Assembly: GCA_964035575.1 (NCBI GenBank)
Contig: OZ037835.1
Span: 1,426,001 to 1,490,000, forward strand
Source of the DNA: Rhynchopus sp. YZ270_cl-10
Lineage: Eukaryota
DNA: 64,000 nt
Direction: 5' to 3'
Below the pieces are notes generated by a model, which saw only the letters and a program-made list of their open reading frames with translations, made no database searches and was not told the DNA's origin. This document shows positions 59,519-64,000 of the stretch, in pieces; the stretch's first letter is position 1; every line of letters starts with the position of its first letter. Position numbers and translations under genes: made by a program.

Positions 59519-61345
59519 TTAACTATGAGCAGATTTCATGTGCGAGTCTCTTGCTCTAGCATTTGAGAAACGTGTTGCGCACAACGGGCAGGTTTTTTTA
59601 TCCAAATTCTCAGCGTGCGCATGCAACAGGTGTTGGCTTAGCCCCGCAGTTTCCCTCAAACAAAACGGGCACTTCATGATAGGTGCACGATGTTTGCCAT
59701 CGTAATGGGCAAATAATCCAACTGAAGATTCGAATCCGGTGTTGCAGATAATGCAAGTATGGTCACCATTTTCATCATCTTTTTTTTTATCCTCGCACAC
59801 ATTTTCGACATTTTCGTCATCACTGTTGACTCCAGGCTCCTCATTGCACACACAAATGAGTAAAGTTTCCCCAGCTTTATCTTTTTTATCCCATACGTAT
59901 TTTTGCCCCTCCGCCCCTTTGTTGCAAGTATGCCGCTTCATACCCAGGTTTTTGACACGAGTTCTCAAACTAGTGAAGGCGTCTGTCCAGACAGCGTCTT
60001 TCTCGGTGATGCAGGTATGAAAATGAAAAGTGTTATAGTTATATAATACAGGCAATTTTTTTCTGTCGACTGGGCCAAGTTCAGGCAGGTCGCGTTTGCA
60101 ATTTTGCTCAACCAAATGCTTCTTGCTCAGTTCAAATGCCAGCAAGTCACGTTCCATGGTCTGGACAGATGTACACACAGTCCATCTCTTGCGTTCCCCA
60201 TTGCACTGTTCGAAAGCCTCATCTGAGAGACATATCCGATGTGCATCCTCCACGTCAAACCAGTGCTCAAGGCTATGAGCGTATGACGACCTGGTGACGC
60301 CTGCTTTGAAAAATTCAAGCAAAAATATGAGGGTATGGTATGAGAGGAGGGCGTAAAGGAAGTCCTTCTCGTAGGGGTTATCTGTGCCTTCGTGGTAGTG
60401 ATACCTGACAGGTATGTCTTGGTACCGGAAAAAAATGAGCACCTGCATACAGCTGCACATTATTTCCCGCATGCCAACCGTTTCACGTTCAAGCATGGTG
60501 AGGAGGGTACGTGATTGAGACCCCGTCATGTTCCCATCAGAAGAACCAGTGACTGTTTCTTGTGTGCTTCCTGCGTTGGGGATGGTCTTTATCATCAGGT
60601 TCACCATGCCTTTGCAATCGTGCAACGCAGGGGTTAAGGCATAGCACGGATGCTCAAATCGGTGCGAAATGTAACTGGTGAAGCCGAGCTCATCCATGCG
60701 CTGCAGGCTACACCTCTCACACCGATGAAGCTTCTTCAGTCTGTCATCGATATCAATGGGGCAGAAAGCAGTTCGATGTTTTCCTCCTAAACCCTTACAC
60801 AGTCTCAGCAACTCTGCATGATCACCTCCAAACCTGAAATGAAGGATAGGGATGCGCAACTTCTTAACGTAGCACCCACGCGACTGTATGGACTTCAAAG
60901 CAACGAGGCCGCAGAACAACCACCACTCGTAAAAGTCGCTTTTGGTTTTGTCCGCGACAGTCAGGAATCTACTCGCCTGAAGCCCACTGGCTAATCCCAC
61001 GGCAGCACGTTGACGACCACTTGCACTTCTGAATGCACTTCGAGGCGTGTATGCGTCAGCAGATAATACGAGGATAGCTGGTGGGGAGTTCACGGTGAAG
61101 GGGAACTTTGCAGTCAGAAAGCACACAGCCTTCTCGATGTTACCAATTAAGCTCGTTGCCTTCTCCTTAAACGGCTCCTCGCGTATCCTCAGCGTCTCTC
61201 TGGATAGACCTACCCTCAAGGATGTGTGCTTGCGGATGAGTGAGCCAATTCGTGACACTGTGGTCATTGATAGGCCCAATTCGAAGCGATATCTGGCGAT
61301 GATATCCGCAATTTTCAGGGCTGTGCCAAGGTGAAGTTCACTCAT
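59519..61345 (-). CDS. RAG1/Transib/Chapaev-like DDE transposase with three C-terminal C2H2 zinc fingers
   Basis: Ordered motifs LSAD(97), GGD(175)HAELLRLCKGL..FCP, ALHDCKG, MTGSQSRTL, YAHSLEH and SDEAFE(379)QCN parallel the RAG1-core motifs. Fingers: CIIC..H..H, CPFC..H..H, CPLC..H..H. Confidence 0.8.
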   Translation of the reverse strand: MSELHLGTALKIADIIARYRFELGLSMTTVSRIGSLIRKHTSLRVGLSRETLRIREEPFKEKATSLIGNIEKAVCFLTAKFPFTVNSPPAILVLSADAYTPRSAFRSASGRQRAAVGLASGLQASRFLTVADKTKSDFYEWWLFCGLVALKSIQSRGCYVKKLRIPILHFRFGGDHAELLRLCKGLGGKHRTAFCPIDIDDRLKKLHRCERCSLQRMDELGFTSYISHRFEHPCYALTPALHDCKGMVNLMIKTIPNAGSTQETVTGSSDGNMTGSQSRTLLTMLERETVGMREIMCSCMQVLIFFRYQDIPVRYHYHEGTDNPYEKDFLYALLSYHTLIFLLEFFKAGVTRSSYAHSLEHWFDVEDAHRICLSDEAFEQCNGERKRWTVCTSVQTMERDLLAFELSKKHLVEQNCKRDLPELGPVDRKKLPVLYNYNTFHFHTCITEKDAVWTDAFTSLRTRVKNLGMKRHTCNKGAEGQKYVWDKKDKAGETLLICVCNEEPGVNSDDENVENVCEDKKKDDENGDHTCIICNTGFESSVGLFAHYDGKHRAPIMKCPFCLRETAGLSQHLLHAHAENLDKKTCPLCATRFSNARARDSHMKSAHS

Positions 61346-61437
61346 AGTGTGTTTGCAGTTGTGATGTTTCTCTGTGTGATGAATTTATGTCGAGGGAGGG
61401 GTGACCCACTAAACTTCATCACAGCTGCAATCACACT

Positions 61438-62010
61438 ATGAGTGAACTTCATCACGGCACAGCCCATATCATCGCCAGATATCGCTTCGAATTGGCTCAC
61501 TCATCCGCAAGCACACATCCTTGAGGGTAGGTCTATCCAGAGAGACGCTGAGGATACGCGAGGAGCCGTTTAAGGAGAAGGCAACGAGCTTAATTGGTAA
61601 CATCGAGAAGGCTGTGTGCTTTCTGACTGCAAAGTTCCCCTTCACCGTGAACTCCCCACCAGCTATCCTCGTATTATCTGCTGACGCATACACGCCTCGA
61701 AGTGCATTCAGAAGTGCAAGTGGTCGTCAACGTGCTGAGGGTTAGATTCCTGACTGTCGCGGACAAAACCAAAAGCGACTTTTACGAGTGGTGGTTGTTC
61801 TGCGGCCTCGTTGCTTTGAAGTCCATACAGTCGCGTGGGTGCTACGTTAAGAAGTTGCGCATCCCTATCCTTCATTTCAGGTTTGGAGGTGATCATGCAG
61901 AGTTGCTGAGACTGTGTAAGGGTTTAGGAGGAAAACATCGAACTGCTTTCTGCCCCATTGATATCGATGACAGACTTAACTTCATGATAAAGACCATTCC
62001 CAACGTAGGA
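61438..62010 (+). pseudogene. Inverted, internally deleted copy of the transposase 5' region
   Basis: Near-identical to the reverse complement of ~60570-61345, with several deletions and frameshifts. Confidence 0.9.
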
Positions 62011-62832
62011 AATTTTCGCGCGGAGCGCAAAAAAAAAAAAATTTTCTTTGGAGAAGGCTCGGTTTTCCATTATTGTTACAAAGTGTAGTGATTTAGGATC
62101 TTTTTTTTCAGGAAAATTCAAAGGATAAACCACTTTTCCGGTGACCCCCCTCCCCCTCCTATACCAAAAAAAGTTTTCCTCCCCGGATTTCGATCGGACC
62201 CCCCTCCCCCCCTTTTATTGTTATTTTGTAACAATAAATGGAAAAACGAGCCTTCCCTTGCCCTCGGTAACCCCGTAAGCCAAAACCCCGAAACCTGGAA
62301 AAAGGCCTGGAACGGATAAAAAGATTCAAAAATGACGAAGCAATACAATGAAGAGCCTAGAGTCAACAGTGATGACGACGAAAGTATGCGACGCTGAGAG
62401 CAAGAATAATAAAAAGAAGAGACTCTCGCATGAAATCTGACAAGTTTAATACAAACAGCGTGTAAAAAAAAAGAGGGGTGGGACTCTATTTTTTTTCTTG
62501 GGTGAACAATTGGAGGAAGAATTGCGAGGCAATAATATGCAACTTTTATAAAGTAACGCTACAAGTATGTCTGGTTTTTGTGCGCACCCCAATAATGAAG
62601 TGTAACAAAATAAATTTTTTTTTTGTAGTTTCGACAATCACCTGTCCGAGAACGGGTTCTGTACACAATGTTTTATATATATATTTTTTTTGTAGCTACC
62701 TGCAAAAAAAAAAAAGAAGATGAACCTGAGCCTCTCGGGCTTAACCACCTCGAAATAAAGTGTAAAATGGTGTAAAAAAAAAAAAAAAAGAAAAAAAAAA
62801 AGTTAAAAAGATGACCCTAAGCCCGTACTTAT

Positions 62833-63846
62833 TTAAGTACTTACTTCTGAGAAAGTTCCCGACTTGTCGTCACTCTCCTCGTCATCGTCATCGTCATGGT
62901 CAATGGTATGGTTACTAACCGCTTGAGAAACCATGACATCCTCACTGACTTCTCCAACTTCGCTGCCTTCATCTGCAGAGTCATGGCGGAGGTCATCTGG
63001 AACCTCAGACTCCCATGAGCCACCTCCAACATTTACCTTGGCGGTGGCCACTGCACTGGCGAGAGGAATGTAGACCATGGTATTTCCACCCTTCTCTATT
63101 ACGACTTCTTTACTGAAGTCAATCACGTACGTGTCGGGAACACGATACTTGAAATCGTAAACACCAGGTGTGAAGTTGGTGCTGGGCAATGTTCTTTTGA
63201 ACGACATGGTGAAGTCGCTGCCCGAGAGTTTTGCAGAGTCAGGGACGAGCTTCGTGCACCCGCTCTCCACCATGAGCCAGAGACACTTCACTCCATTGTG
63301 CGTAACCCCGCCTTTGTTTGTGCATTCTGGCCAGCTTCTCGTAATCTTTTTAGCTGGTGTCACTGAGGAGGTCTGTAGTTTGGCCTGGTACAACGTGAGA
63401 ACTTTCGCCTCATCGAGGTTGCATTTCTGTGCCAAGTTCTTCAGGCTCTTGTACTCCGCCGAATTGCTCTGTCCATTGGTGGGCGTTTGGCGCAGGGTGA
63501 AGCCGCAGAATTCGAGGTCGCTGTTCCCACTCGCTCGGCGGGAATAGTACGTCATGCTGCCGGCGTCTACTGCATTTTTGGCAGTCTTAATTTTGTGAAG
63601 TAAGTTCATCTCAATGCTAATTAAGCCGCTCTCTGATTTCAGATTTATCCCGAAAAGATTGTTCAACATCGCCTTCAACGGCGCATGAAGGAATGATTTG
63701 CCCTCTTTTTTCATCACATATATCTTGAGGAAGTTCTGCACCACATCCCTCACCTTAGATTCCACAGCCGGTTTGGGTTTGGGTTTGTCATCTACGACCT
63801 TCGATCTTTTGGTAGGCAGGGGCTGTGTCGCTGAGCGTTTTCCCAT
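62833..63846 (-). CDS. Hypothetical 337-aa protein (basic N-terminus, possible winged-helix and alpha-crystallin-like segments, acidic tail)
   Basis: Clean ATG-to-TAA ORF between A/T-rich flanks. Domain suggestions come from pattern only. Confidence 0.75.
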   Translation of the reverse strand: MGKRSATQPLPTKRSKVVDDKPKPKPAVESKVRDVVQNFLKIYVMKKEGKSFLHAPLKAMLNNLFGINLKSESGLISIEMNLLHKIKTAKNAVDAGSMTYYSRRASGNSDLEFCGFTLRQTPTNGQSNSAEYKSLKNLAQKCNLDEAKVLTLYQAKLQTSSVTPAKKITRSWPECTNKGGVTHNGVKCLWLMVESGCTKLVPDSAKLSGSDFTMSFKRTLPSTNFTPGVYDFKYRVPDTYVIDFSKEVVIEKGGNTMVYIPLASAVATAKVNVGGGSWESEVPDDLRHDSADEGSEVGEVSEDVMVSQAVSNHTIDHDDDDDEESDDKSGTFSEVST

Positions 63847-63850
63847 TTTT

Positions 63851-63996
63851 TATATTGTTTTTGTTGGTTAATTCCTGAATTGAGTGTCAGGGGGCGGGAG
63901 GGTAGCTTGAACCATGCACATTAATTAATAATTATAATGCAACCTCGTTCAACCACCCCCCTGACACCCAATTCAGGAACCAACAAAAGCAATATA
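63851..63996. promoter_or_regulatory. Imperfect palindrome immediately upstream of the 337-aa ORF (putative bidirectional promoter or foldback centre)
   Basis: tatattgtttttgttggttaattcctgaattgagtgtcaggggg ... ccccctgacacccaattcaggaaccaacaaaagcaatata around an AT-rich core. Confidence 0.5.
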
Positions 63997-64000
63997 AACT

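Larger units (their letters stand above)
57564..64000. mobile_element. Probable CAC-terminated DNA transposon (Transib/Chapaev-like); right end not in the window
   Basis: Starts cacgacgg (compare cacggcgg of the MITE at 1726), followed by clustered tgacaggtg subterminal motifs. Contains a RAG1-like transposase. Boundaries are inferred. Confidence 0.5.

Noticed and set aside
12954..61345. V(D)J-like somatic rearrangement of the receptor array by the RAG1-like enzyme
   Set aside because: I saw no heptamer-spacer-nonamer or TIR-like signals bounding the variable patches. Proximity in a repeat-rich region is not evidence.
62833..63846. RAG2 homologue
   Set aside because: No Kelch repeats or PHD finger, and not convergently oriented to the transposase.

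Overview
Eukaryotic, essentially intronless, repeat-dense genomic DNA. The host is most likely a euglenozoan protist such as a diplonemid (inference from polypyrimidine-AG acceptors just before start codons, TAPPT-rich stalks and a VIPER/TATE-type retroelement). Contents from left to right: (1) 1-12 kb: nested foldback/MITE elements and one long coiled-coil gene. (2) 12.9-46.4 kb: a tandem array of six receptor-like genes (signal peptide, ectodomain, Pro/Thr stalk, TM helix, two STE-like kinase domains). They show mosaic hypervariable ectodomain patches, active versus degenerate catalytic motifs, one kinase-less copy and one copy with a swapped LamG-repeat ectodomain. A perfect 355-copy ATGGTACT satellite interrupts the array. 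(3) 46.9-57.5 kb: TA-targeting foldback elements, one hosting an apparently intact gag-YR-RT/RNaseH retrotransposon with split direct repeats and a structured ~350-bp array. (4) 57.56 kb to the end: a probable CAC-terminated DNA transposon. It encodes a RAG1/Transib/Chapaev-like DDE transposase with three C2H2 fingers, a head-to-head degenerate inverted copy of that gene, and a second ORF with its own palindromic upstream region.
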